Under the pieces are notes generated by a model, which was given only the letters and a program-made list of their open reading frames with translations, was not told where the DNA came from and made no database searches. 64,000 nt of DNA, taken from NCBI GenBank assembly GCA_045126815.1, contig JBGVPD010000014.1, positions 220 to 64,219 on the forward strand, written 5' to 3'. Within the stretch, counting starts at the first letter, position 1. Every line of letters begins with the position of its first letter. Origin of the DNA: Eubacteriales bacterium. Its GTDB lineage: Bacteria > Bacillota > Clostridia > Oscillospirales > CAG-272. This document shows, in pieces, positions 48,937 to 57,591 of the stretch. The position numbers were made by a program, and so were the translations under genes.

Positions 48937-48965
48937 ATTATATCACGCACTCCCTGTATTGTCAA
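48937..48965 (-). promoter_or_regulatory. sigma-A type promoter of infC operon
   Basis: The - strand reads TTGACA-17 nt-TATAAT. Confidence 0.7.
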
Positions 48966-49011
48966 GGGCTTTTTTAAAATATTTTTGAGAATTGGTGTTG
49001 TAGTTAAACTA

Positions 49012-49040
49012 TTGCATTTTTGGGGGCGGTATGATATAAT
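49012..49040 (+). promoter_or_regulatory. sigma-A type promoter (divergent from infC)
   Basis: TTGCAT-17 nt-TGaTATAAT. Confidence 0.6.
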
Positions 49041-49090
49041 ATATAAAATATAAATGAACGTTCTTTTTGGGGAAAGTGGGGTGAGACAGC

Positions 49091-49984
49091 GTGGCAGACT
49101 TGAACAAGAAAAGCAAAACAGACGGAAATATGCACAAATTTAATAAAAATGCGCCTATGTCAAGGGGCAGGACGTCCGCGGGAACTTCGAATGTCGGAAC
49201 GAGAATGAACATAAAAGAACAAACCGTTTCCCAAAGACGAAACGCTAAGGAAGCAAAAAAGATAAACCCCGATGCACCCGAAATAAAACGAAGCGCAAAA
49301 AGAGCGCAGGGCTACAAGATAAAAAAGAAGAAAAAGAAGATAAGCAGAGAAACCGTTCTTTTCGGAATGATGTTTTCTTTGATATTTATTGTTATTGCAA
49401 CGGTATTTTGCCTATCCTTTTACGGTAATCTTGTAAAAGTTGACAGTGTTGATTACGGTAATCTTAAACTTAAAATGGGGTTGTCGTATGAGCTTAACGA
49501 AATAAAAGGGCAGAAGATAAACCCTGAAGAGTATATGCGTGGCGGAGAAATGTACGTTAATATGACCGCTATGGCAGAAAAGTTTGGGTTCGTTATTACG
49601 GGCACAAGCGACTGTCTCAGATTTATTACGGATTTGAAAACGGGAGAAAACGTACGTGTTTACGTTGATACTCCTTTTGTTGAAATAAACGGCACAAAAG
49701 TAAGACTTAATTCGAAAATTACGCAAAACGGAGACAGTATATTTATTCCGGCGGAGTTTTTTGCAGAATACGTTAGCGGGATAGAGATTGCTTATGACGA
49801 AGAAAAGTCAGTTATAAGCGTATTGCGCAGTACGGAGATCAACGAAAACGGTCATCTGGCCGAGCAAAATATTACTTTTACGCTTAAGGCGATAAAAGAA
49901 AGCGTATCTTTGCCCGAAGAAAATTTGACCGACGAGGAAAAGGCGAAAACATTCTTTCCTTCGTTATCAACTCCTGCAAACTAA
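49091..49984 (+). CDS. membrane-anchored protein with very basic cytoplasmic tail and extracytoplasmic stalk-like (copper amine oxidase N-terminal-like) domain
   Basis: 297 aa with a Lys/Arg-rich N-terminus, one TM helix (VLFGMMFSLIFIVIATVFCLSF) and a C-terminal beta-rich domain. GTG start after GGGGTGAG. The function is not recognised. Confidence 0.5.
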   Translation: MADLNKKSKTDGNMHKFNKNAPMSRGRTSAGTSNVGTRMNIKEQTVSQRRNAKEAKKINPDAPEIKRSAKRAQGYKIKKKKKKISRETVLFGMMFSLIFIVIATVFCLSFYGNLVKVDSVDYGNLKLKMGLSYELNEIKGQKINPEEYMRGGEMYVNMTAMAEKFGFVITGTSDCLRFITDLKTGENVRVYVDTPFVEINGTKVRLNSKITQNGDSIFIPAEFFAEYVSGIEIAYDEEKSVISVLRSTEINENGHLAEQNITFTLKAIKESVSLPEENLTDEEKAKTFFPSLSTPAN

Positions 49985-50025
49985 AAAACACAACGATTTT
50001 TCAAAATAATTATAGGGGATAGCGT

Positions 50026-51141
50026 ATGGCAAGTATTAAGTGCAGAAAATGCGGAAATGTATTACATTTTAATCCGGATGCAACTAAAGTTATTTGTAAC
50101 AAATGCGGAAGCGGTTACGTTCTTCAAAAAAAGTCAAATAGCGCATCGAATAAAACGCAGATAAACAGAAGAAGCCTATCTTCAAAAAATTATAATAACC
50201 GTCCTATAAAGCTTTTCATACTTTTGCTTATTGCTTTGATTACGATTGGAATTGTGATCATAGTTTCAAGAAGTGCCGATGCAGGTAAGACGGGCGGTAA
50301 TAAGCAGGATCCTTCAAAAGTTACCGATATTGAACAGAGCACGAAAGACGTTACTACCAAAGATCAAAGCGACGATACTACTGATGATACTACGAAAGAA
50401 TCTGCTGATGATACTACCGTACCAACTCCTCCGATATCTCAACAGCCGACGGAGGTTATACCGACTTTTAATGCAGACCTTTCCGAGTATGAAAAGTATA
50501 TGAATCCGACAGGGAAAGACAGAGATGCGTATCTTATACTTGTAAATCCTGACAATCCGTTAACGGCAAACGATGTTCCGACCGATCTCGTTTCCGTAAA
50601 GAGTACACGAAAAGACGGAAGAGCAACACAAAAGCTTCGTGAGTATGCAGCAAAGGCGCTTGAGGCGTTGATGCTTGAGGCAGAAGCGCAGGGCGTTATA
50701 AAAACAAATACGCCGAGCGGATATCCACTCTCTGTTATGAGTGCTTACAGAACGTATGAATACCAAAATCAGCTTTTTAACACGTATGTTAACCAGGAAA
50801 TGTCGAGTAAGGGAATATCTCGTGAAAAAGCTGAGGCTATTGTTGTAACGTATTCTTGCAGAGCGGGAACAAGCGAACATCAAACGGCTCTTTGCGTTGA
50901 TATGCATACCTTGTGGTCTGCGGGAGTTGCCTTTAAAAATGAAGCTGAAGCTAAATGGTTAGCCGAAAACAGTTATAAATTTGGATTTATACTGAGATTC
51001 CCCGAAGATAAAACAGACATAACGAAAATAACGTACGAGCCTTGGCATTTCAGATACGTGGGCAGATATCATGCGACAAAGATGCATGACTTGGATATGT
51101 GTTTGGAAGAATATACGGAATATTTGAAGAAAAACGGTTAA
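50026..51141 (+). CDS. D-alanyl-D-alanine carboxypeptidase, M15B/VanY family, with N-terminal zinc ribbon and TM anchor
   Basis: CRKCG...CNKCG ribbon, TM helix and D/T-rich linker. VanY core motifs are SAYRTYEYQ, SEHQTALCVD and PWHFRY. Confidence 0.8.
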   Translation: MASIKCRKCGNVLHFNPDATKVICNKCGSGYVLQKKSNSASNKTQINRRSLSSKNYNNRPIKLFILLLIALITIGIVIIVSRSADAGKTGGNKQDPSKVTDIEQSTKDVTTKDQSDDTTDDTTKESADDTTVPTPPISQQPTEVIPTFNADLSEYEKYMNPTGKDRDAYLILVNPDNPLTANDVPTDLVSVKSTRKDGRATQKLREYAAKALEALMLEAEAQGVIKTNTPSGYPLSVMSAYRTYEYQNQLFNTYVNQEMSSKGISREKAEAIVVTYSCRAGTSEHQTALCVDMHTLWSAGVAFKNEAEAKWLAENSYKFGFILRFPEDKTDITKITYEPWHFRYVGRYHATKMHDLDMCLEEYTEYLKKNG

Positions 51142-51157
51142 AGTGAGGATTAGTTCT

Positions 51158-51679
51158 ATGGATGCTATGGAATGTTTACTTGAAAGAAGAAGTGTCAGAA
51201 GTTTTACTGACAAAGCTATTGATAGAGAGTCTCTTGAAAAGATAGTAAAAGCCGCATACCATGCACCCAGTGCTATGAACAGGCAAACGTGGCAGTTTAC
51301 GGTTGTGCAGAACAAAGGTGTGATCGAAGAACTTGCTCAGTGTATACGTGTTCAGCTTAACAGAGACGCGGGATACAATTTTTATAAACCCGATGTATTT
51401 ATTATATGCTCGAACGAAAGGGAAAACCCACATGCAATAGAGGATTGTGCCGTTGCTATGGAGAATATTATGTTGGCGGCACACAGTCTCGGAATTGCAT
51501 CTGTTTGGATAAATCAGTTTAAGGGAATATGCGACGAACCGCAGGTACGTGAAAAACTGAAAAAGATAGGTATACCCGATGAACACTTAATTTGGGGATG
51601 CGCGGCGTTAGGTTATGCGACCGAAGATGCAAAACGTAACTTTGTTAAAAATCCCGACGTTGTAAAGTGGGTAATGTAA
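51158..51679 (+). CDS. nitroreductase family protein
   Basis: LLERRSVRSF...APSAMNRQTWQF is present. ATG 51158 lies 8 nt after GTGAGGA. Confidence 0.85.
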   Translation: MDAMECLLERRSVRSFTDKAIDRESLEKIVKAAYHAPSAMNRQTWQFTVVQNKGVIEELAQCIRVQLNRDAGYNFYKPDVFIICSNERENPHAIEDCAVAMENIMLAAHSLGIASVWINQFKGICDEPQVREKLKKIGIPDEHLIWGCAALGYATEDAKRNFVKNPDVVKWVM

Positions 51680-51692
51680 AAATGGTATAAAA

Positions 51693-51729
51693 AAGCCCTT
51701 TCAAAAAAAGAAAGGGCTTATTTTTTTTG
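51693..51729 (+). terminator. intrinsic terminator
   Basis: AAGCCCTTT...AAAGGGCTT followed by ATTTTTTTT. Confidence 0.85.
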
Positions 51730-51766
51730 CAATTAAAACAATTATAGCAAAACTTTGTTTTATAAA

Positions 51767-51843
51767 AAGTTTTGGTGGTGTCAAGAGGGCGCTTTTTCAA
51801 AAGCGCGCCTTTTGTCAGGGGTTCGGGGACGAAGTCCCTGACA
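51767..51843 (+). repeat. 77-nt GC-rich two-hairpin intergenic repeat, copy B
   Basis: 73/77 identical to 13556-13632. Sequence: aagttttggtggtgtcaagagggcgctttttcaaaagcgcgccttttgtcaggggttcggggacgaagtccctgaca. Confidence 0.85.
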
Positions 51844-51876
51844 TGATCTCTTCTTTAAAAAACGCGTTAAAGTTTT

Positions 51877-52728
51877 TTATTTTATTGCATTTTTTAGATA
51901 TTCTACTGCAAGACCTATATTTTCTTTCGGGTCAAGTCCTGCTTCTCTTTCGACTACAAGGAAGCCTTTATATCCAACTTCTTCAAGTGCTTTCAAATAT
52001 GCAGGGAAGTTAACTGCGCCCTCTCCCAACGGTCTTTCTTCAAAGAATCTCATCTGTTTTACTTCGGGAGGAATGGGGTGAACAACTCTGTATATAAATT
52101 CGGGGTTACCTTTAGTCAGCATAACACCGTCTTTTGCGTGGGTATGAACGATATGTTTTGCGAGGTTTTTAACTGCTTCAATCGGGTCTTCATCTAAAAC
52201 CATACGCAAGTTTGCAGGGTCAAAGTTGATCGCAACGCCCTTACTGTCAAGTGATTCAATAAATTTAAGAAGTGTAGTGGACTTTTCGGGGCCTGTCTCG
52301 ATCGCAAAATACGAGCCGTTTTTTTCTGCGTAATTCGCAAGTTCAGCACACGCTTCCTGCATGATCTTAAATCTTTCGTGATTTGTATCTTCGGGAACAA
52401 CGCCTATATGTGCAGTTACAATGTTAGTACCGAGATCGTATGCTAAGTCAAGTATCTTTTTCAGTTTTGCTATAAGTACAGGGTTTCTTTCTCTGTCGCC
52501 AAATCCCATACCCAAATCACCGCAGAGTGAGGAAAAGACTAAACCTGCATCGGCTACCTCTTTTTTTAGCGCCTTTCGTGCTGACATATCCATATTCTCA
52601 GGGGCGTTAACTCCCTTTGTTGCAAACATCTGTATGCCGTCTACACCCATTTCGGCTGCGGTTCTTATCGCTGTTGAACGGTCAACTTTAAGACCGTCTA
52701 TGATTATTCCAATCGGAAATTTGTACAT
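51877..52728 (-). CDS. sugar phosphate isomerase/epimerase (xylose isomerase-like TIM barrel)
   Basis: 283 aa with the AP-endonuclease-2/TIM-barrel family pattern. Substrate unknown. Confidence 0.7.
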   Translation of the reverse strand: MYKFPIGIIIDGLKVDRSTAIRTAAEMGVDGIQMFATKGVNAPENMDMSARKALKKEVADAGLVFSSLCGDLGMGFGDRERNPVLIAKLKKILDLAYDLGTNIVTAHIGVVPEDTNHERFKIMQEACAELANYAEKNGSYFAIETGPEKSTTLLKFIESLDSKGVAINFDPANLRMVLDEDPIEAVKNLAKHIVHTHAKDGVMLTKGNPEFIYRVVHPIPPEVKQMRFFEERPLGEGAVNFPAYLKALEEVGYKGFLVVEREAGLDPKENIGLAVEYLKNAIK

Positions 52729-52749
52729 ATAAATTATTTCCTTTCAGTT

Positions 52750-52791
52750 AATAAAATACACGGGCTGTTTTTTTGAAATAACAGCCCGTGT
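52750..52791 (-). terminator. terminator hairpin after purH
   Basis: ACACGGGCTGTT...AACAGCCCGTGT 12-bp stem. Confidence 0.65.
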
Positions 52792-52797
52792 GTGTTT

Positions 52798-54348
52798 TTA
52801 GTGTTTAAAGTGTCTCTTTCCTGTAAATACCATTGAAATTCCGTATTTGTTACAAGCATCAATGGATTCCTGGTCTCTGATACTTCCGCCGGGCTGGATA
52901 ATAGCAGTTATTCCTGCTTTGTGAGCTGCTTCAACGCAGTCAGCAAAGGGGAAGAATGCGTCACTTGCCATAACGCTGCCCTTAACTTTCTCGCCACCGT
53001 ATTTGATAGCAAGTTCGAGAGCTGTAATTCTGTTTGTCTGACCGGGGCCTATACCTACTGTAGCGCCATCTTTTGCAAGTGTAATACCGTTTGATTTTGT
53101 ATGTTTTACAACCTTCATAGCAAACTTCATATCGCGAAGTTCTTCTGCAGTAGGAGCTTTTTCTGTAACTACTTTAACGTCACAGTCGTCGTACATTTCA
53201 GTGTTAAGTTCCTGAACGAGCAATCCGCCTGCAACTTTCTTCATATCAAACATTTCTTTTCTGTTAGGAGTTGCAATTGCAGGGAGACGGAGAACGCGTA
53301 AGTTCTTCTTTGTGCAGAGTATCTGCAAAGCTTCTGCATCATAATCGGGAGCGATAATGATTTCAAGGAAGAGTTCTGCGAGTTTCTGTGCGGTTTTGGA
53401 ATCAACTGTTCTGTTAAAAGCAACGATGCCTCCGAATATTGAAACGGGGTCAGCTTCGTATGCTCTCATATATGCTTCGTAAACGTCTTTGCCGATACCA
53501 ACACCGCAAGGATTTGCGTGTTTTAATGCAACGCAGCAAATATCATCGCTAAACTCTTTGATAGTGTCAAGAGCGCCGTTTGCATCATTTATATTATTAT
53601 ATGAAAGTTCTTTGCCGTTAAGCTGTTCAGCCGCCGCCAAAGTTCCTTCATAACCCTTTCCGACTTCACGGTAGAAAGCTGCAGCCTGGTGGGGATTTTC
53701 TCCGTAACGCATTTCGCTTACTTTTTCGTATGTCAAAGAAAGTTTTTCGGGGAAGGCAGGCATTCCGCTTTCTTTTCTTAAGTAGCCTGAGATAAGTGTA
53801 TCGTAAGCTGCTGTGTGTTCAAATACTTTATAAGAAAGTTTAAGTTTTGTTTCTTTTGAAACTTCGCCGTTAGCTTCGAGTTCGCTTGTTACCGTATCGT
53901 AATCAACGGGATCAACGATAACAGCAACGTCCTGCCAGTTTTTAGCGGCAGCGCGGAGCATTGTAGGACCGCCGATATCGATGTTTTCAATTGCATCTTC
54001 TCTTGTAACGTTATCTTTAAGGATTGTTTCCTTAAAGGGATAGAGGTTAATAGCAACGATGTCGATAGGAGCAACACCGAGTTCTTCGATCTGTTTCATA
54101 TGGTCGGGATTTTCTCTCATAGCGAGGATACCTGCGTGTATCATCGGGTGAAGAGTTTTTACTCTTCCGTCGAGACATTCAGGGAATCCTGTAACGTCGG
54201 ATACGTTTGTAACTGCAATACCGTTATCAGTGAGGATTTTTGCAGTTCCTCCGGTAGAAAGTATTTCATAGCCTAATTTTTCAAGACGACTTGCGAATTC
54301 AACAACGTTTCTTTTGTCCGATAAGCTGATTATAGCGCGTTTTTTCAT
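52798..54348 (-). CDS. purH: bifunctional AICAR transformylase / IMP cyclohydrolase
   Basis: 516 aa canonical PurH ([12 protein letters not shown]...). Confidence 0.96.
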   Translation of the reverse strand: MKKRAIISLSDKRNVVEFASRLEKLGYEILSTGGTAKILTDNGIAVTNVSDVTGFPECLDGRVKTLHPMIHAGILAMRENPDHMKQIEELGVAPIDIVAINLYPFKETILKDNVTREDAIENIDIGGPTMLRAAAKNWQDVAVIVDPVDYDTVTSELEANGEVSKETKLKLSYKVFEHTAAYDTLISGYLRKESGMPAFPEKLSLTYEKVSEMRYGENPHQAAAFYREVGKGYEGTLAAAEQLNGKELSYNNINDANGALDTIKEFSDDICCVALKHANPCGVGIGKDVYEAYMRAYEADPVSIFGGIVAFNRTVDSKTAQKLAELFLEIIIAPDYDAEALQILCTKKNLRVLRLPAIATPNRKEMFDMKKVAGGLLVQELNTEMYDDCDVKVVTEKAPTAEELRDMKFAMKVVKHTKSNGITLAKDGATVGIGPGQTNRITALELAIKYGGEKVKGSVMASDAFFPFADCVEAAHKAGITAIIQPGGSIRDQESIDACNKYGISMVFTGKRHFKH

Positions 54349-54368
54349 AATTGTTTCACCTTTCTGTG

Positions 54369-55004
54369 TTAGGTTTTATCTGAGATTATTTTTACAATGT
54401 TGTTTTCAACCGAAAGCTTTTCGTTGCAAAGTAAGTCAAGCGCTTTTGGGAGTATTTCCCACTCTGCATTTTCCATAACTCTCTTTTGGAGTGTTTCAGG
54501 AGTATCGGTTTCTTCGATGTAAACGGCTTTCTGGAGTATGATCGGTCCTCCGTCGGCGATTTCGTTTACAAAGTGTACGGTAGCTCCCGTAACCTTAACG
54601 CCTTTTTCAAGTGCAGCTTTATGTACTCTTAATCCGTAAAAGCCTTCGCCGCAAAAAGAAGGAATAAGTGCAGGGTGGACGTTAAGTATTTTGTTACGGT
54701 ATCTTTCAATTATCTTTCCGCTCAAAATGTGCATAAATCCCGCAAGAACGATAATGTCGATTTTGTATTCTTCAAGTTTATTCAAAATGGCGTCTGAAAA
54801 AGCTTCTCTGTTATCGCCTTTTTGAATAACACATTTGTCAATGTTGTTTTTTTCAGCCCTCTCCAAAGCGTAAGCATTGGGGTTGCTTGAAAGAACAAGA
54901 GCAAGTTTTCCGTTTTTGATTTTTCCTGCATTATACGCATCTATAATTGCCTGGAGATTTGTTCCGCCGCCCGAAACTAAAACGGCAATATTTTTTGTCT
55001 TCAT
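54369..55004 (-). CDS. purN: phosphoribosylglycinamide formyltransferase
   Basis: 211 aa with [15 protein letters not shown] and HPALIP motifs. Confidence 0.93.
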   Translation of the reverse strand: MKTKNIAVLVSGGGTNLQAIIDAYNAGKIKNGKLALVLSSNPNAYALERAEKNNIDKCVIQKGDNREAFSDAILNKLEEYKIDIIVLAGFMHILSGKIIERYRNKILNVHPALIPSFCGEGFYGLRVHKAALEKGVKVTGATVHFVNEIADGGPIILQKAVYIEETDTPETLQKRVMENAEWEILPKALDLLCNEKLSVENNIVKIISDKT

Positions 55005-55005
55005 A

Positions 55006-56394
55006 TCAGTTTTCTCCCGGAACGTGTAAAGGATAGTTGCCGGTGAAACAAGCGTCGCAGAAGTCGAGGTCAGTATCTTTAACGATCTGTTTTAGATCGT
55101 CAACGGCAAGGTATGCCAAAGAGTCGGCGCCGATCTCTTTTCTGATTTCTTCAAGTGTCAAACGACACGCAATAAGCTTGTCTCTTGAATCTATGTCCGT
55201 TCCGAAATAACAAGGATTAAGGAAAGGAGGGGAGGATATTCTTAAATGAACCTCTGTTGCTCCTGCATGGCGGATGAGAGCAATAAGGTTAGCGCAAGTA
55301 GTACCTCTTACTATTGAGTCGTCAACGACGACAACTCTTTTACCCTTTAATACCGAAGGCATGGGGTTAAGTTTGAGTCTTACGAGGGTTTCTCTTTCTC
55401 CCTGCTGAGTCTGTATAAACGTTCTGCCGATGTAACGGTTTTTATTTAAGCCTACGTTATAAGGAATACCTGATTCTTTTGAGTAACCGAGAGCTGCATC
55501 AAGTCCGCTGTCCGGTACGCCGATAACTATATCCGCTATATCTTTTGAGTCTCTTCTTGCCAAGCATCTTCCTGCTTCTTGTCTTGCAAAGTGAACGCTT
55601 TGTCCGTCTATTATTGAATCGGGACGGGCAAAATAGATGTGTTCAAAAATACAGCACGAAGTTTTTTGACCGCATTTATCTGTGAGCGAATATACTCCGT
55701 CTTGTGTTATTGTTACTACTTCGCCGGGCTTGATATCTCTGATAAATTCACCGCCGACAGCGTCGATAGCGCAAGATTCTGATGCGAAAATATAAGCATC
55801 TTTGAGTTTACCCATACAGAGAGGTCTGAAACCTTTAGGGTCTCTTGTTGCTATAAGTTTATTCGGAGTCATAATAACAAAAGAGTAAGCTCCGTTTATA
55901 CGGTCCATTATGTTTATAATAGCCTGTTCGGTCGAAAGTGTTTTAAGTCTTTCTCTGGATATCATATAAGCTATAATTTCAGCATCGGAGTTAGTGTGGA
56001 ACATAGCGCCTGCATCTTCAAGTTTCTTGTGCATTTCAGCAGCACCTACAAGTGATCCGTTGTAGGAGATGGCGATCTGTCCTTTAGTGTACTTTGAAAC
56101 GTAGGGGAGGTTATTTTCTCTTCCTTTGTTTTCTGATGATGCGTAACGAACGTGTCCCAAAGCGATATTACCTTTGAGATAGTTCAAGATCATTTCATTA
56201 AAAACTTCGTTGAGAAGTCCTTCGTCGTTGTGACTGTAGATCTTGCCTTCGTTGTTAACTGCAATACCGCAACTCTGCTGACCTCTGTGCTGAAGAGCGT
56301 ACAGACCTGCGTATGTTGTTTGTGTTACGTTTATTGTTTTTGCGGGGTCAAATATACCGAACACACCGCATTCTTCATGGATATTTCCGAACAT
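55006..56394 (-). CDS. purF: amidophosphoribosyltransferase
   Basis: 462 aa with a short propeptide before the catalytic Cys (MFGNIHEE/CGVFG) and a C-terminal Fe-S Cys motif. Confidence 0.95.
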   Translation of the reverse strand: MFGNIHEECGVFGIFDPAKTINVTQTTYAGLYALQHRGQQSCGIAVNNEGKIYSHNDEGLLNEVFNEMILNYLKGNIALGHVRYASSENKGRENNLPYVSKYTKGQIAISYNGSLVGAAEMHKKLEDAGAMFHTNSDAEIIAYMISRERLKTLSTEQAIINIMDRINGAYSFVIMTPNKLIATRDPKGFRPLCMGKLKDAYIFASESCAIDAVGGEFIRDIKPGEVVTITQDGVYSLTDKCGQKTSCCIFEHIYFARPDSIIDGQSVHFARQEAGRCLARRDSKDIADIVIGVPDSGLDAALGYSKESGIPYNVGLNKNRYIGRTFIQTQQGERETLVRLKLNPMPSVLKGKRVVVVDDSIVRGTTCANLIALIRHAGATEVHLRISSPPFLNPCYFGTDIDSRDKLIACRLTLEEIRKEIGADSLAYLAVDDLKQIVKDTDLDFCDACFTGNYPLHVPGEN

Positions 56395-56429
56395 AAATTG
56401 TGTTTCCTCCGGTCTTTTACGAAAAAAGG

Positions 56430-56927
56430 TTATATATTTTTAATTTCTTCCTGAAGTTTTGCGTCTTTTGCTCTAACGCCTTCAGCCATTTTGATCTTTT
56501 CCTGTGCGAGTTTTTCAGCTAATTCGTCGTCGGTGAGAGCGATGATCTGAGCTGCAAGAATAGCAGCATTTGCGCAACCGTCGATAGCAACTGCGGCAAC
56601 GGGAACTCCGGGAGGCATCATTATTGTTGAAAGGAGCGCATCCATACCGTCAAGCGCGTCGCTCTTTATCGGTATTCCGATAACGGGAAGGGTAGTGTAA
56701 GCTGCAAGAACACCGCCGAGATGGGCAGCCTTACCTGCTGCGCTGATAATAACTCCGAAACCGTTCTTTTTTGCGTTTTTTGCAAAAGAAGCTGCTTCAT
56801 CAGGCGTTCTGTGCGCTGAATAAACGTGAGTTTCAAACGGAATTCCGAAATATTTCAGTTTTTCAAGACAATTTTTTACTTTGGGGAAATCGCTGTCGCT
56901 TCCCATGATTACGGCTACTTTTAACAT
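56430..56927 (-). CDS. purE: 5-(carboxyamino)imidazole ribonucleotide mutase
   Basis: 165 aa with GSDSD and SAHR motifs. Confidence 0.93.
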   Translation of the reverse strand: MLKVAVIMGSDSDFPKVKNCLEKLKYFGIPFETHVYSAHRTPDEAASFAKNAKKNGFGVIISAAGKAAHLGGVLAAYTTLPVIGIPIKSDALDGMDALLSTIMMPPGVPVAAVAIDGCANAAILAAQIIALTDDELAEKLAQEKIKMAEGVRAKDAKLQEEIKNI

Positions 56928-56964
56928 AGTTATCCTCCGGTGATTTTAAGTTTTTTGCATTTTA

Positions 56965-57003
56965 TAAAACACAAAAAGGACATTCTGTTTCGTGAATGTC
57001 CTT
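56965..57003 (-). terminator. strong intrinsic terminator (attenuator) in the purE leader
   Basis: The - strand reads AAGGACATTC-acgaaaca-GAATGTCCTT followed by TTTGTGTTTT. It sits about 50 nt upstream of the purE ATG. Confidence 0.75.
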
Positions 57004-57124
57004 ATAAGATTATTTTCGCATTGGGGCGTGAAGAATGAGCAGCGCTGCAAAAAAGTGCGCGACAGAGCTGATCTGATAAACAAGGTTTGTTATTGAGCTT
57101 GTTTTCTCTTACAACTTCTGTCAT
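57002..57124 (-). CDS. candidate 40-codon leader sORF / small protein upstream of purE
   Basis: GGAGGA, 7 nt, then ATG. Translation MTEVVRENKLNNKPCLSDQLCRALFCSAAHSSRPNAKIIL. The TAA stop lies in the 5' arm of the terminator. I recognise no homology, so it could be a chance ORF. Confidence 0.3.
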   Translation of the reverse strand: MTEVVRENKLNNKPCLSDQLCRALFCSAAHSSRPNAKIIL

Positions 57125-57161
57125 AACCCGATCCTCCGACGATTTTACAAAATACACTATT

Positions 57162-57190
57162 ATTATACATATATATAATTAAGTTGTCAA
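57162..57190 (-). promoter_or_regulatory. sigma-A type promoter of the pur leader
   Basis: The - strand reads TTGACA-17 nt-TATAAT. Confidence 0.7.
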
Positions 57191-57308
57191 TCGCTAACAT
57201 CACATTTTTGTGATATTTTTATTATTTTTTTGCCTACCACAACTCCGAAAAGCGCTACAGACTTGTAGTGCAAAAGAAGAGGGAGGGAAGAATATTTTTG
57301 ATAAATAC

Positions 57309-57336
57309 TTTACAAAATTGAAAAAATGTGTATAAT
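57309..57336 (+). promoter_or_regulatory. candidate promoter of cysE-cysS leader
   Basis: TTTACA-16 nt-TATAAT. Confidence 0.55.
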
Positions 57337-57344
57337 GATATAAG

Positions 57345-57567
57345 AATAATAATGCGATGAACGGGAAAATGCCGTCAAAAAAGGTTATATAGGGTTCAGA
57401 GACGTGCGTCAAGTTTGGTGAAAGATGCATACCCGCCGAGACGGAAGTGCGCCCGTGAGCAGGTGCTAATCACACCCGTCTTGTCAGCGATAAAGGACAC
57501 GCAAGTTATAAACCGAAGTGGAACCGCGGAATGTACCGCCTTTGAGTAAATCAAAGGCGATTTTTTT
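57345..57567 (+). promoter_or_regulatory. T-box leader, cysteine-specific
   Basis: Candidate specifier TGC within GGAAGTGCGCC (57448-57450). T-box sequence AACCGAAGTGGAACCGCGG (57512-57530). Terminator CGCCTTTG...CAAAGGCG followed by ATTTTTTTG. Confidence 0.85.
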
Positions 57568-57591
57568 GTTTTGAAGGGAGACATTGTGTAA

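Noticed and set aside
56928-57160. Expected a guanine/adenine or ZTP (pfl) riboswitch in front of purE.
   Set aside because: I could not find the conserved cores: the purine J1/2-J2/3 and loop motifs, or the ZTP UGACUGGCG and CCGCCUGGGC elements. I left the region as an unclassified leader. An Rfam scan is needed to be certain.
57200-57584. Two - strand ORFs (76 and 62 aa) in the purE/cysE divergent region.
   Set aside because: The region is accounted for by the cysteine T-box leader on the + strand and the two promoters. Neither ORF has an SD.
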